A stretch of DNA of 64,000 bases from an uncultured bacterium. Lineage in GTDB: Bacteria; Cyanobacteriota; Vampirovibrionia; Gastranaerophilales; Gastranaerophilaceae. The first letter of the stretch is position 1; the number at the start of each line of letters is the position of its first letter. The stretch is taken from the NCBI GenBank assembly GCA_949285255.1, contig CASDXV010000004.1, positions 11,325 to 75,324 on the forward strand, in the 5' to 3' direction. The notes under the pieces are model-generated. The model saw only the letters and a list, made by a program, of their open reading frames with translations, was not told the DNA's origin and did no database searches. The position numbers and the translations under genes were made by a program. Shown in pieces: positions 35,383 through 45,466 of the stretch.

Positions 35383-37010
35383 TTTTCCTCAATTAAACAA
35401 ACAACTTTTTTTGAAAAATCACAATCTTTTTCCTGCTTTTTTGAGGCAGAAAAAATATTTACTTTGGTATCTAAAGTATCGCAGCTGCTTTTGTTTAGAA
35501 AATAAACATATACGCTTTTTTTAATAATAAATTCTAAAACCTCTTTTAATGATTCATCCGAGCCCACAAGAGCCAAAAAAGTCTTTGAAGTTGATTCCAT
35601 ATCCGTATTTTTTAAAATATAGGATTGAAATTTTATTTTTTCTATAAATTTCTCCCTAAACTCAACATTAGCTATAAGCTCACTTGAAACACTTTTAGCA
35701 AGTGTTTCTATTTCTAAAATGTCTAAAATACTGTTTTGTTCAATATTGTCAATCAGCATATCAAATTCGGACAAATCCGAATATTCAAAAAACCAGCTTG
35801 AAAAAAGCTCAGAGTTTAGTATTTTAAAAACAAAGTTTTTATTTACAGTTTTTTTTGGCACATCAGCTTTTATAATATCTTGAAAACTTTTATCATCAGC
35901 ATCAACATCCAATGTTAACTGCCTCCAACAGACAAATTCGTATGGGATTTTATACCCGCTCTTCCAGCCGCGATTTGCTAAAGCGTCAAATATAGCCTTG
36001 CCCTCAGAAAGATTTACGCGCGCATGAAGCGAAGATTTAAAAAATCTTAAAAGCACAACATCAAAATCTTCTTTTGAAATTTCATTAAAGCCAAAAGCGC
36101 TCACAGGGCCATATTCAAGATTAAAGACAGTAAAGAAGGTCTGTATGGTGCCGTTTTCTCTTTTTCTTGCAAAAACACAAGAAATGTTAGAGTTTCCATC
36201 TGCTATAGAATACCAAAAACCATACGGAACAGAGTTTTCAAAAAGCTGCGAATAAATCTGTGCTGCGCTCTTATCCCCTTTTAAACCTGAAAAGTTCAAC
36301 TTTTTAAGCAGTTTTTTTGCATATTGTTTTAGCTCAATATCAAGGCAATTTTTTGAGCAAAAATCAAGCGCAAGATATGCAAAGTAAGATTTAGACTCGC
36401 AAAGCGCATCTAAGATTTTTTTATTTATACAAACTTCAGGATAGAAATAAGCAAAAGGAGATAAAAGATTTGCAAGATTATCCCCAGAGTAGTCATTTAT
36501 GATAGAGTCAAGCAAAAGCTCCCTGTCACCTGCTCCAACGGTAAAATAAAAATCATAAAAATCAATCAAAGTTTCAGGGCTTAATTTTGCTTCTTCCAAG
36601 AATTTTTTTGTCTCATTATCAATAGCTTCATCCGGATTATCAACACAAGATTGAATAAAATTATAATCTATCCCCTGACCCTGCTCGCGAAGAATATTAA
36701 TTAAAAACAGTTTTTTTGTATCTGAGACATTAGGATTAGAAAGCAGTGATAAAATTTCTTTTGATAATATGTCATTTGGCGCAATATTATACAAAATCAA
36801 ACACAAAATATTATCATAAGTAGCACCTGAGCCTGAAATTTCTTTTAGCAAAAGCGATACAACAAATTCCTTATCTTCAATTTTATTAAGCTCTGAAATT
36901 GAGCTTTCAACCTCAAAATCAGAGGGCATAGAGGAATTTTTGTATTTTAAAATATTTTGTAGAACTTGCGCCCTTATCTGGATTTTTGACATTTTTGAGT
37001 CAGTGCTCAT
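35373..37010 (-). CDS. Hypothetical protein (545 aa), translationally coupled to the ClpX-type zinc-ribbon gene
   Basis: Long uninterrupted ORF. ATGA overlap upstream and 10-nt overlap downstream. No motif recognised. Confidence 0.7.
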   Translation of the reverse strand: MSTDSKMSKIQIRAQVLQNILKYKNSSMPSDFEVESSISELNKIEDKEFVVSLLLKEISGSGATYDNILCLILYNIAPNDILSKEILSLLSNPNVSDTKKLFLINILREQGQGIDYNFIQSCVDNPDEAIDNETKKFLEEAKLSPETLIDFYDFYFTVGAGDRELLLDSIINDYSGDNLANLLSPFAYFYPEVCINKKILDALCESKSYFAYLALDFCSKNCLDIELKQYAKKLLKKLNFSGLKGDKSAAQIYSQLFENSVPYGFWYSIADGNSNISCVFARKRENGTIQTFFTVFNLEYGPVSAFGFNEISKEDFDVVLLRFFKSSLHARVNLSEGKAIFDALANRGWKSGYKIPYEFVCWRQLTLDVDADDKSFQDIIKADVPKKTVNKNFVFKILNSELFSSWFFEYSDLSEFDMLIDNIEQNSILDILEIETLAKSVSSELIANVEFREKFIEKIKFQSYILKNTDMESTSKTFLALVGSDESLKEVLEFIIKKSVYVYFLNKSSCDTLDTKVNIFSASKKQEKDCDFSKKVVCLIEEKWT

Positions 37011-37276
37011 CTTTTTGTACCCCAGAGCATATCAATAATTCTCTGCGCTTCAGCAGATAGTGCGCCGTCTTGCAAAATTAGATACTGAACAGCTATAAGA
37101 GTACACTCTGAGCATATATTTACCCCGGGACCCTTAACAAGTTTTGGCACCATAGTATTTGGTCTGCCGCAAAAACTACAATACTCAAGTTCTCTTTGAA
37201 CTTCATTTTCTTTTTTTTCCGCGTTTTTCTTTGCTTTTGAACCTATTGAAACAACTTTTTTTTCGCTATCGCTCAT
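37007..37276 (-). CDS. Stand-alone ClpX-type C4 zinc-ribbon (ZBD) protein, 89 aa
   Basis: CSFCGRPNTMVPKLVKGPGVNICSECTLIAVQYL aligns with the E. coli ClpX N-domain [33 protein letters not shown]. No AAA+ module follows. Confidence 0.75.
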   Translation of the reverse strand: MSDSEKKVVSIGSKAKKNAEKKENEVQRELEYCSFCGRPNTMVPKLVKGPGVNICSECTLIAVQYLILQDGALSAEAQRIIDMLWGTKR

Positions 37277-37342
37277 AAAAACCCTAAAATTAGCTAATTC
37301 ACAAATATATTTTATATTTTTTTTGAAAACTTTACAAGGAAA

Positions 37343-37852
37343 TTAAGAAAATCTGAGGTTTTTTGCCTTTTGCAGTTTAATTATTTTATTTTTGAACTTT
37401 TCCTTTTGCTCCTGCGTAAGATAAGAACTGTTATCAATGTTTATAAAAACTTCACTAAAATCAGCACTATTATACTCAACTTCAGATAATTCCTCATCTG
37501 AGTAAAAATTTGGAAAATCATTAACAATATCTTCTTTACTAGAGCTATTCCAGTTTTTATAGTCAAAAATAATATCTGAAATATTCACCCCAAGGGGCTC
37601 ACAATAAGGTTTAAGCTTATCAAGAAGAATTTTCTTATACATAATCATTTCCTGCACAACAAAAGAATTCTCACAGGTGACATACATCTTAGAACCTTTG
37701 ATTTGGTAGGGTTTTGTAGTTTTTAAAAATTTCTTGCCCGCAATTTGTCCCCAAAAAGAAAAAATGGTCGAATATTTTATTGCAGAGGTTTTATTTGAAC
37801 CAAAAAGTCCGTCGTTTAAAATATCGGAAATTGAGAAAATATTTTCATTCAT
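37343..37852 (-). CDS. DUF721 / DciA-like protein
   Basis: FSFWGQIAGKKFLKTTKPYQIKGSKMYVTCENSFVVQEMIMYKKILLDKL fits the DUF721 pattern. The ATG at 37852 is used because the track's GTG extension (to 37873) runs through the metK terminator hairpin. Confidence 0.55.
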   Translation of the reverse strand: MNENIFSISDILNDGLFGSNKTSAIKYSTIFSFWGQIAGKKFLKTTKPYQIKGSKMYVTCENSFVVQEMIMYKKILLDKLKPYCEPLGVNISDIIFDYKNWNSSSKEDIVNDFPNFYSDEELSEVEYNSADFSEVFINIDNSSYLTQEQKEKFKNKIIKLQKAKNLRFS

Positions 37853-37858
37853 AATACT

Positions 37859-37886
37859 AAAAAACGGCGGCACAAAAGTACCGCCG
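37859..37886 (-). terminator. Rho-independent terminator of metK
   Basis: The minus strand reads CGGCGGTAC-TTTT-GTGCCGCCG, a 9-bp stem with one G-U pair and a tetraloop, followed by T6. It lies 16 nt after the metK stop. Confidence 0.75.
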
Positions 37887-37901
37887 CATAAATTTTATAA
37901 A

Positions 37902-39167
37902 CTACTTAGTGCAAGCAAGTGCTTGTTCTTTAAGCTTTGCAGCCATTGAAGTATCTTCCCAGGGCACTTCAAAGTCAACTCTACCGATATGACCGTATGC
38001 GGCAAGTCTTTGATAGAATTTTCCGCCGTTTTTAGCAGGAAGATTTCTTAAGTCAAATTCCTTGATGATTGCTGCAGGACGCAGGTCAAAGTTCTTTTCA
38101 ACAAGTTTTGCCAAGCACTCATCATCAATTTTACCTGTATCAAAAGTATCAACTAAAACTGAAACAGGACGGCTAACACCGATAGCGTATGCAAGCTCAA
38201 CTTCGCATTTTTGTGCTAAGCCTGCTGCAACGATGTTTTTTGCAACCCAGCGAGCAGCATAAGCCGCTGAGCGGTCAACTTTAGTCGGGTCTTTACCAGA
38301 AAATGCGCCGCCGCCGTGACGAGCATAACCGCCATATGTATCAACGATAATTTTTCTTCCTGTAAGACCGGCATCACCCTGAGGGCCGCCTATTACAAAT
38401 CTTCCTGAGGGGTTGATTAAATATTTTGTAGTTGAATCAGGTTTTATGACATCATTTGCAAAAACAGGTTCGATAACGTATTTAATCATATCTTCACGGA
38501 TAATTTGTTGAATTTTTTGATTATCGCTAACTCCGTTAATTTCGGGGTCATGTTGAGTTGAAATAACGATAGTGTCGATTCTAAAGGGTTTTCCGTCTTT
38601 ATATTCAACTGTTACTTGAGATTTACCGTCAGGTCTTAAGTAGCTTACCGTACGGTCTTTTCTGACTTTAGAAAGTTGAAAAGCAAGCCTGTGTGCCAAA
38701 GATATAGGCAGAGGCATTAACTCGGGAGTTTCATCACAAGCGTAACCAAACATAATACCCTGATCGCCCGCACCGATATCAAGAGTTTCATCTTTTGAAG
38801 TATCGGCATTATCACTTCTTGTTTCAAGAGCCTTATTTACACCGCCTGCAATATCGCTTGATTGTTCATCTATGCTTGTAAGAACAGCGCAAGTTTTATA
38901 GTCAAAACCGCCGCCTTCTTCACCGTTGTAGCCGATTGATTTAATGGTGTTTCTAACAACTGATGGGATATCAACATAGCAGTTAGATGTAATTTCACCG
39001 CATACAAGAGCCATACCGGTTGTAACTGTAGTTTCGGCCGCAACTCTTGATTTAGGGTCTTTGGTTAAAAATTCATCCAAAATAGCATCAGAAATCTGGT
39101 CGCAAACTTTATCAGGGTGACCTTCTGTTACAGATTCGGATGTAAATAAAAAGTTCTTTAATGCCAT
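37902..39167 (-). CDS. metK: S-adenosylmethionine synthetase
   Basis: [41 protein letters not shown]. Confidence 0.97.
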   Translation of the reverse strand: MALKNFLFTSESVTEGHPDKVCDQISDAILDEFLTKDPKSRVAAETTVTTGMALVCGEITSNCYVDIPSVVRNTIKSIGYNGEEGGGFDYKTCAVLTSIDEQSSDIAGGVNKALETRSDNADTSKDETLDIGAGDQGIMFGYACDETPELMPLPISLAHRLAFQLSKVRKDRTVSYLRPDGKSQVTVEYKDGKPFRIDTIVISTQHDPEINGVSDNQKIQQIIREDMIKYVIEPVFANDVIKPDSTTKYLINPSGRFVIGGPQGDAGLTGRKIIVDTYGGYARHGGGAFSGKDPTKVDRSAAYAARWVAKNIVAAGLAQKCEVELAYAIGVSRPVSVLVDTFDTGKIDDECLAKLVEKNFDLRPAAIIKEFDLRNLPAKNGGKFYQRLAAYGHIGRVDFEVPWEDTSMAAKLKEQALACTK

Positions 39168-39286
39168 TAATACTCACTCCAATTAAAATTGATAACAATA
39201 CCAGTGTAACTTAAAAAAAATCGTGGTCAAATAATATTTTTATTCTATAATTACTTTATAAAGAGAATTTAAGAGGATTTAAAAGT

Positions 39287-41065
39287 ATGGAATTGTCTTA
39301 CAAAAAACAAAATTGTACACAAATAAACGAAGACTACATAGGCAAAGACTGCATGCTCGCAGGCTGGGTTTCAACCGTTCGTGACTTAGGCGGTATTATC
39401 TTTGTTGAAGTTCGCGACAGGAGCGGACTGTTTCAAGTTGTAGCTGACCCTAAGATTAACCCGCAGGTCTATGAAAAATTCCAACAGTTAAGAAGTGAAT
39501 TTGTAATTCAAGTTACGGGTAAAGTTTCAAAAAGACCTGATGATACAATTAACGAAAGACTTAAAACAGGTACGGTTGAAATGTACCCTGATAGTATAGA
39601 AATTTTATCAAAATCAATCGCACTTCCTTTTGTGCTTGATGATGAAGATGTATCTGAAGAAGTTCGCCTAAAATATCGTTATTTGGACATCAGACGCGAA
39701 AAAATGCTCTCAAATCTTACATTAAGACACAAAATTGTAGCTGCAATCAGAAACTATTTAAACAAAGAAGATTTCTTGGAAGTTGAAACACCAAACCTTA
39801 CAAAGGCAACTCCCGAGGGTGCTCGCGACTATCTTGTACCAAGCAGAGTCCATGACGGCAAGTTTTACGCGCTTCCTCAATCACCTCAGATTTTCAAGCA
39901 ACTTCTTATGGTCGGCGGTATAGAAAAATACTACCAAATAGCTCGCTGCTTTAGGGACGAAGACCTAAGAGCCGACAGACAACCTGAATTTACACAGGTT
40001 GATATTGAAATGAGCTTTGTAAAACAAGACGATGTTATAAAAATGGCCGAAGGGCTTATTGTTGACGCTTTTAAAGCAGCAGGCGTTGAAGTCAGCGCGC
40101 CTTTTAAAAGATTAACTTGGAAAGAAGCAATGGAAAAATACGGCTCAGATAAGCCTGATACTCGTTTTGGACTTGAGCTTTTTGATGTATCAGATATTAT
40201 GGCAGCTTCTACTTTTGAGGCATTTAAGTCTGTAGTTGAAAAAGGCGGAACCGTAAGAGCCATAAAAATCCCGGGAATTGCAGGCTATTCAAGAAAAGAG
40301 ATGGATGATGTCAGAAATCTTGCTATTTCATACGGTGCTAAGGGTCTTGCTTGGGTTACATATATGGAAGACGGTACAGTAAAATCGCCCGTGTTTAAGT
40401 TCTTAACTCAAGAACAAATTGATGAAATTCAAAAAAGAGCCGACGCTCAAAAGGGCGACATTGTATTCTTTGTTGCCGATGCTCATAAAGTAGTATTTGA
40501 TGTACTTGGAAGATTTAGATTATACTTTGGCGAAAGACTTGGTATGATTGACAAATCTCAACATGACCTGCTTTGGGTTGTTGATTTTCCTCTATTTGAA
40601 TACTCAGCGGAAGAAGACCGCTACGTAAGCGTACACCACCCCTTCACAATGCCTGCTTATGAGGATTTAGACAAGCTTGAAACAGACAAAGCTAACGTAA
40701 AATCAATAGCATATGACGTTGTGTATAACGGCAACGAGCTTGGCGGAGGTTCAATAAGAATCCATGACCCTGAAATTCAAGAAAAGGCATTTAAGGCTCT
40801 TGGCTTAAGTGAAGAAGAAATACATAATAAATTTGAATTTATGATTAACGCATTTAAATACGGCACACCTCCGCACGGCGGTATTGCCCTTGGGCTGGAT
40901 AGGCTTGTAGCACTTCTTGTAAGAGCAAATTCAATCAGGGATGTAATAGCATTTCCTAAGAACGCTCAAGCTAAATGTGTTATGACACAAGCACCGTCTG
41001 AGGTTTCAGAAGAGCAGCTAAGAGAGTTGCATATAAAACTCAGAAACTTGCCAAAAATCCATTAA
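39287..41065 (+). CDS. aspS: Aspartate--tRNA ligase (bacterial type, 592 aa)
   Basis: FRDEDLRADRQPEFTQVD (class II motif 2), GGGSIRIH, GLDRLV (motif 3). Confidence 0.97.
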   Translation: MELSYKKQNCTQINEDYIGKDCMLAGWVSTVRDLGGIIFVEVRDRSGLFQVVADPKINPQVYEKFQQLRSEFVIQVTGKVSKRPDDTINERLKTGTVEMYPDSIEILSKSIALPFVLDDEDVSEEVRLKYRYLDIRREKMLSNLTLRHKIVAAIRNYLNKEDFLEVETPNLTKATPEGARDYLVPSRVHDGKFYALPQSPQIFKQLLMVGGIEKYYQIARCFRDEDLRADRQPEFTQVDIEMSFVKQDDVIKMAEGLIVDAFKAAGVEVSAPFKRLTWKEAMEKYGSDKPDTRFGLELFDVSDIMAASTFEAFKSVVEKGGTVRAIKIPGIAGYSRKEMDDVRNLAISYGAKGLAWVTYMEDGTVKSPVFKFLTQEQIDEIQKRADAQKGDIVFFVADAHKVVFDVLGRFRLYFGERLGMIDKSQHDLLWVVDFPLFEYSAEEDRYVSVHHPFTMPAYEDLDKLETDKANVKSIAYDVVYNGNELGGGSIRIHDPEIQEKAFKALGLSEEEIHNKFEFMINAFKYGTPPHGGIALGLDRLVALLVRANSIRDVIAFPKNAQAKCVMTQAPSEVSEEQLRELHIKLRNLPKIH

Positions 41066-41066
41066 T

Positions 41067-41093
41067 AAAAAGCGGCTTAAAGGCCGCTTTTTT
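41067..41093. terminator. Bidirectional rho-independent terminator (aspS / beta-lactamase-like gene)
   Basis: GCGGC (41072-41076) pairs with GCCGC (41083-41087). Flanked by an A-run and a T6 run. Confidence 0.7.
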
Positions 41094-41098
41094 AATAT

Positions 41099-42277
41099 CT
41101 AATAAATATCAACACCTGAGTTAATATTGTTATAAATTATTTTTGAAGCCTGTTGGATTAAATCTCTGGCACTATAGTCATTATGCGGGCGCTCAACAAG
41201 TATAACAACAATATATTTTCTGCCGTTTTGAGCATATACAATACCTGCGTCCCCGAGCATTTTACCAATATCTCCGGTTTTGTGAATTAATATAGCCTCT
41301 GGAGGCAATCCCGCTTGTAAAAGGCTCCTGTTTTCAACATTTGCCATATATTCTTTTATTGTAATTTTTGATTTTTGGCTCAAAAATCTTGGGTTATCGA
41401 TATTATACAAAAGCGTTGCAATTTGCTTAGCCGTTATTTTATTTGTTCCTTCTAAATCAGGAAGTCTATTCTGAAGCGTAATTTCGGACATTCCTAACGA
41501 GCGCATTGAAGAATTTAGCGCAGCCTTGCCGCCAATTTCTTCAATCAACATATTTGTTGCCGAGTTATCGGACTGAGTTATCATAATTTTTGCAAGGTAA
41601 TCAACGGTTAAATACCTATTTACTGGCATATACTGCAGTTTACCCGAACCTGATGTTTTATTGATTTCATTATACAGAAGTTTTTTTGAAAGAGATGTTT
41701 CACTCGTGCCGTTTTTCTCGCTTCTGTCAATTTTTCTAAATAATTCAAAAAGTATCGGTAATTTTATAATGCTTGCAGCACTTGTCGGCCTATCTGCGTT
41801 AATATTAACTTCTTTGGCCGTGGAATATTCCCAAACATATACACTGGGATGAAGCCTTGGATACTTTTTAAACAAATCATTAAGCATTTTTTCGGTTGTA
41901 GAAAGTTGACCGCCCACAACCATAGAAACTACTTCAGATGAAACCATGCTTGGCTCAACAATTAAATTTTGTCTAAAAAGTTCAGCGTTATTGACGTAGT
42001 TTAAATGCGGATTCACCTTATTTGATACGTCAAACTTTAAGTTACGGTTTAGGATGTGATCAAGAACAAGGGGTTCAAAATATTCGCTATACAAACTCGG
42101 TGCAATAACGTATGCAAAAACAGACAGAAAAACTGACGCAAAAATAAACCTTACAAAAGATAAAAGCGGATTTTTTTTCTTTTTTTTCTTTTGCTGAAAC
42201 TTCGCCCTTTGAGGATAAACTCTTACATCCCCATAGGTAACATTATAATATTGCTCTTTTCTAACCTGTGCAGGCAA
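41099..42277 (-). CDS. Membrane-anchored class A beta-lactamase-fold serine hydrolase
   Basis: S-x-x-K (AASIIKLP), SDN (ITQSDNSATN) and KTG (IHKTGDIG). N-terminal poly-Lys and a TM segment (FVRFIFASVFLSVFAYVIAP). TTG start at 42277 with a GGAG SD 8 nt upstream. Confidence 0.8.
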   Translation of the reverse strand: MPAQVRKEQYYNVTYGDVRVYPQRAKFQQKKKKKKNPLLSFVRFIFASVFLSVFAYVIAPSLYSEYFEPLVLDHILNRNLKFDVSNKVNPHLNYVNNAELFRQNLIVEPSMVSSEVVSMVVGGQLSTTEKMLNDLFKKYPRLHPSVYVWEYSTAKEVNINADRPTSAASIIKLPILFELFRKIDRSEKNGTSETSLSKKLLYNEINKTSGSGKLQYMPVNRYLTVDYLAKIMITQSDNSATNMLIEEIGGKAALNSSMRSLGMSEITLQNRLPDLEGTNKITAKQIATLLYNIDNPRFLSQKSKITIKEYMANVENRSLLQAGLPPEAILIHKTGDIGKMLGDAGIVYAQNGRKYIVVILVERPHNDYSARDLIQQASKIIYNNINSGVDIY

Positions 42278-42390
42278 TGAAATACTCCACTATCTCTACA
42301 TTAACAGTTTAGACAATATTCAACAAAAAAACATAGTATATTTATATGAAAAAAACCCTAAAGTAAGAAATATATGATATACTATCTGCC

Positions 42391-42777
42391 ATGAGGATAA
42401 ATTTTAGCAAAAAAACTGTAGCTGCCAGCTTATTAGTATTATTTACTGGCCTTAGTACTTCTTTTTGTAAGGCTGATACCGTAATAACACCCTATGGCGA
42501 ATCAAACGGCAGAATAAAAGCAGTTAATGCAGGTTTAATATCTATAAGAGATAACGGTTCAGACCTAACTTACAGGCGCGAAGTAAACAACGAATACTTT
42601 GGCGATGCCGTTATGTATAAGAAAAATTTTTTCTCAAAAAAAGTCATGGAATTATCCGGCAGAGTAGAGAGTCTGGATAGGCTAAACGCTATAATTTACA
42701 CGCCTGCAGGAAAAATTGAAATTCAAAGATATAAAATTAAAGACATAATTATGAAAGTACCATATAAAGGATATTAA
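42391..42777 (+). CDS. Small exported protein (128 aa)
   Basis: Signal peptide KKTVAASLLVLFTGLSTSFCKA. 1-nt gap to the GGDEF gene. Confidence 0.6.
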   Translation: MRINFSKKTVAASLLVLFTGLSTSFCKADTVITPYGESNGRIKAVNAGLISIRDNGSDLTYRREVNNEYFGDAVMYKKNFFSKKVMELSGRVESLDRLNAIIYTPAGKIEIQRYKIKDIIMKVPYKGY

Positions 42778-42778
42778 T

Positions 42779-43657
42779 ATGAACATTATTTTCTACAGTC
42801 AAAACGGCACAAGCGAATACGCACAAATGATAGTAAATGCGGATGATGAGTACAATATTCGCGAGTTTAAATTTGACGAAATAAAAAACTACAAAGAAGT
42901 TAACCCCGGTGTTTTAGTAATGGATGCACCGTTAAACAATGTAAAAGATATATGTGCGGTTACAAAATTTGAAACATCGGTTCTCATTGTTGTGGATGAA
43001 ATACCGCAAGACTTAACTGTAAGAGCTGATTCATACGACTTTATAGTAAAACCCGTAAATGCAAAAGAATTTAATACAAGAGTTGAGGCCCTTGCTAAGA
43101 CTTCAAAATACAGAATCAACCTCAAAAAACAATCCGTAACAGATGAGCTTACAGGATTGTACAACAGAAAATACCTGCACCACAGGCTGGAAGCTGAAAT
43201 GTCAAGAGCAAAAAGATACGGTACGCCTCTTTCTTGCCTGCTTCTTGATATAGATTTCTTTAAAACGGTTAATGATATGTATGGATACGACTGGGGCGAC
43301 GTTCTGCTTAAAAAAATCGCTCAAATGCTTGAAGCACTTATAAGAAAAGAAGACATCCTAACTCGCTACGGTGATGAAGAATTTATACTAATTCTGCCAA
43401 ATACATCAGAGGATAATGCCTACATTTTTGCCGAAAGATTCAGACGTGATATAGAAAAAATGGAGTTTATCCCTGCAAATGAAGAAGAAAGGCACCCGAT
43501 TACAATCTCAGGCGGTATTTCATCTTATCCGTTCTTAGAAAATGTAGAAGAAAATTCAAATACAATCATAAGATACGCGGAACATGCGCTCTATGCTGCT
43601 AAAAAGCACGGTAAAAACCAAATCGTCGAATTTTCAAAAATGAATTTGGATTACTAA
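42779..43657 (+). CDS. Receiver-like domain + GGDEF-domain protein (A-site variant GDEEF, intact RxxD I-site)
   Basis: [12 protein letters not shown] ... [21 protein letters not shown] ... [19 protein letters not shown]. The N-terminal ~120 aa are CheY-like ([20 protein letters not shown]) but lack the N-terminal acidic pair. Confidence 0.85.
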   Translation: MNIIFYSQNGTSEYAQMIVNADDEYNIREFKFDEIKNYKEVNPGVLVMDAPLNNVKDICAVTKFETSVLIVVDEIPQDLTVRADSYDFIVKPVNAKEFNTRVEALAKTSKYRINLKKQSVTDELTGLYNRKYLHHRLEAEMSRAKRYGTPLSCLLLDIDFFKTVNDMYGYDWGDVLLKKIAQMLEALIRKEDILTRYGDEEFILILPNTSEDNAYIFAERFRRDIEKMEFIPANEEERHPITISGGISSYPFLENVEENSNTIIRYAEHALYAAKKHGKNQIVEFSKMNLDY

Positions 43658-44421
43658 TGCTTGCAAAAAGAATAATTCCTTGTTTAGACGTAAAAAACGG
43701 ACAAACCGTAAAAGGTATAAATTTTGAAAACCTGAGATATGCAGGCGACCCAGTTGAGTTAGCAAAAAAATACTCGCAACAGGGAGCAGATGAGCTTGTT
43801 TTCTTAGATATTACCGCAACAAATGAAAAAAGAAAAACAATAGTAGAACTTGTAGAACGTGTTGCAAAAAACGTGTTTATACCCTTTACTGTTGGTGGCG
43901 GGATTAACTCTATTGAAGATATAAGAGCTATTTTGCAGGCAGGAGCTGATAAGGTGTCAATAAACTCTGCAGCAGTTAAAAACCCGGAACTTATTAATGA
44001 ATGCGTTAATTACTTTGGCTCACAGTGTATTGTAATAGCAATAGATGCAAAAAAAATCGGCAACAGTTACAAAGTACATATCAATGCAGGAAAAAAAGAT
44101 ACAGGGATTGACCTTATTGACTGGGCAAAAGAAGTTGAAAAAAGAGGTGCAGGCGAGATACTTTTAACATCAATGGATTTTGACGGGACACAAAAAGGCT
44201 TTGATATAGAAATGAACAAACTTGTAAGCAAGGCCGTTAAAATCCCTACGATTGCATCGGGCGGTGCAGGTGCAGATAGCAAACATTTTAGAGATGTATT
44301 TGAAAAAACTGAGGTAGATGCAGCACTTGCAGCTTCAATATTTCACTTTGATACACTGCCAATCTGTACCCTAAAAAAAGACTTAGAAAATTTTGGGATA
44401 ACAACAAGAAAAATAAAATAA
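43657..44421 (+). CDS. hisF: Imidazole glycerol phosphate synthase cyclase subunit
   Basis: [31 protein letters not shown]. Confidence 0.95.
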   Translation: MLAKRIIPCLDVKNGQTVKGINFENLRYAGDPVELAKKYSQQGADELVFLDITATNEKRKTIVELVERVAKNVFIPFTVGGGINSIEDIRAILQAGADKVSINSAAVKNPELINECVNYFGSQCIVIAIDAKKIGNSYKVHINAGKKDTGIDLIDWAKEVEKRGAGEILLTSMDFDGTQKGFDIEMNKLVSKAVKIPTIASGGAGADSKHFRDVFEKTEVDAALAASIFHFDTLPICTLKKDLENFGITTRKIK

Positions 44422-44449
44422 AAAAACCGACAATCACGCCGGTTTTTTT
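44421..44449. terminator. Weak AT-rich bidirectional hairpin between hisF and the 278-aa gene
   Basis: AAAAAACCG-(10 nt loop)-CGGTTTTTT. Confidence 0.45.
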
Positions 44450-44480
44450 ATTTGTAAAGGTTTTTGGGACTTCAGTTCAA

Positions 44481-45317
44481 CTAGCTGAACATTTTGAAAG
44501 AATTTTCAATGTTACTTTGGATTACTTTTTGAACTGATTCAAATTCTGTTTCAACTGCTTTGTGTTGAGTTTCGATTTGTTTTTGGTCAGTTTCAAGTTT
44601 TTTATCTTGAGCTTGAACTCTTGCTGAAGCTGACTGGTATTCAGCTTGTGCTGTAGCATCATCATCAGTATAGTAGTTATCTTGAATTTCTGACATACCT
44701 GACCAGCCGACTGCATTCCAAGAACTCATAGCTTCACCGTTTTCAGCAAGGTTTTGGTTACCAGTGGGGTCAAGACTTGTTAATTGTTCGATAATGAATT
44801 TTCCGTTTCTCAAACCTTCTTGGAAGTAGTTTTCTGTTTCTGATGAGTCAGATATTTTTGAATCTACAACGTATTCAACATATACATCTTCACCGTTTTT
44901 ATCAGTTCCGCTTACAATTGCTTTGTTACCTTCTACTTTTACTGTAACACCGTCACCTTGATAACCTGCATCAGAAGCTGTTTTTGGCAATTCGCTTGCA
45001 TCAGATACTACAACTTGTCCGCGAGAGTTTTTAATACGATAAATAGAAGTTCCTGTACCATCATCGTTCATACCGTATTCAATAAGGTTTTTGTATGTGA
45101 GGTTCTTTGTTTGAGTTTGGTTTGCTTCACCCATTTTAACTTGCATAGTAATTTTCATTTGTCTGTTTGCAGTTGCACGAGCATACTTTGAAGAAACCGT
45201 TTCAAGTTCTGTAGCGAGAATCAATCTTCTTTGTGAAATTTCTTGGGCACGATATTCCAAATCGCTTTTTCTTGCTGTGAGAAGTAATAATCTGCCTTGG
45301 CTTGCTGCTAGTCCCAT
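44481..45317 (-). CDS. Hypothetical protein (278 aa): conserved-looking N- and C-terminal helices around a Gly/Asp/Thr-rich core; sigma-28-type promoter
   Basis: AAGGTGG SD 6 nt upstream of the ATG. N-terminus MGLAASQGRLLLLTARKSDLEYRAQEISQRRLILATELETVSSKY. C-terminus AQDKKLETDQKQIETQHKAVETEFESVQKVIQSNIENSF. No signal peptide, no TM, and no flagellin signature. Confidence 0.8.
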   Translation of the reverse strand: MGLAASQGRLLLLTARKSDLEYRAQEISQRRLILATELETVSSKYARATANRQMKITMQVKMGEANQTQTKNLTYKNLIEYGMNDDGTGTSIYRIKNSRGQVVVSDASELPKTASDAGYQGDGVTVKVEGNKAIVSGTDKNGEDVYVEYVVDSKISDSSETENYFQEGLRNGKFIIEQLTSLDPTGNQNLAENGEAMSSWNAVGWSGMSEIQDNYYTDDDATAQAEYQSASARVQAQDKKLETDQKQIETQHKAVETEFESVQKVIQSNIENSFKMFS

Positions 45318-45466
45318 ATTATACCACCTTTACATTTCTTACTTATATAAAAACAAACAGTATATACGATATTCATACTTTGTATATATTGTTACATTTC
45401 TTTACATAAGCAGCTGAAAATCCTTTCTGATTTTACTATTCCCATATTGTAACCCTGTTATTCATA

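Noticed and set aside
37853-37873. GTG-initiated N-terminal extension of the DUF721/DciA-like ORF (track start 37873)
   Set aside because: The extension is encoded by the stem-loop and T-tract of the metK terminator. The ATG at 37852 directly after the T-run is the credible start.
39168-39286. Possible SAM riboswitch (metK leader) or T-box (aspS leader) in the divergent metK/aspS intergenic region
   Set aside because: The region is only 119 nt and is shared by two promoters. I could not find the conserved SAM-I or T-box sequence elements, and it is too short for a T-box.
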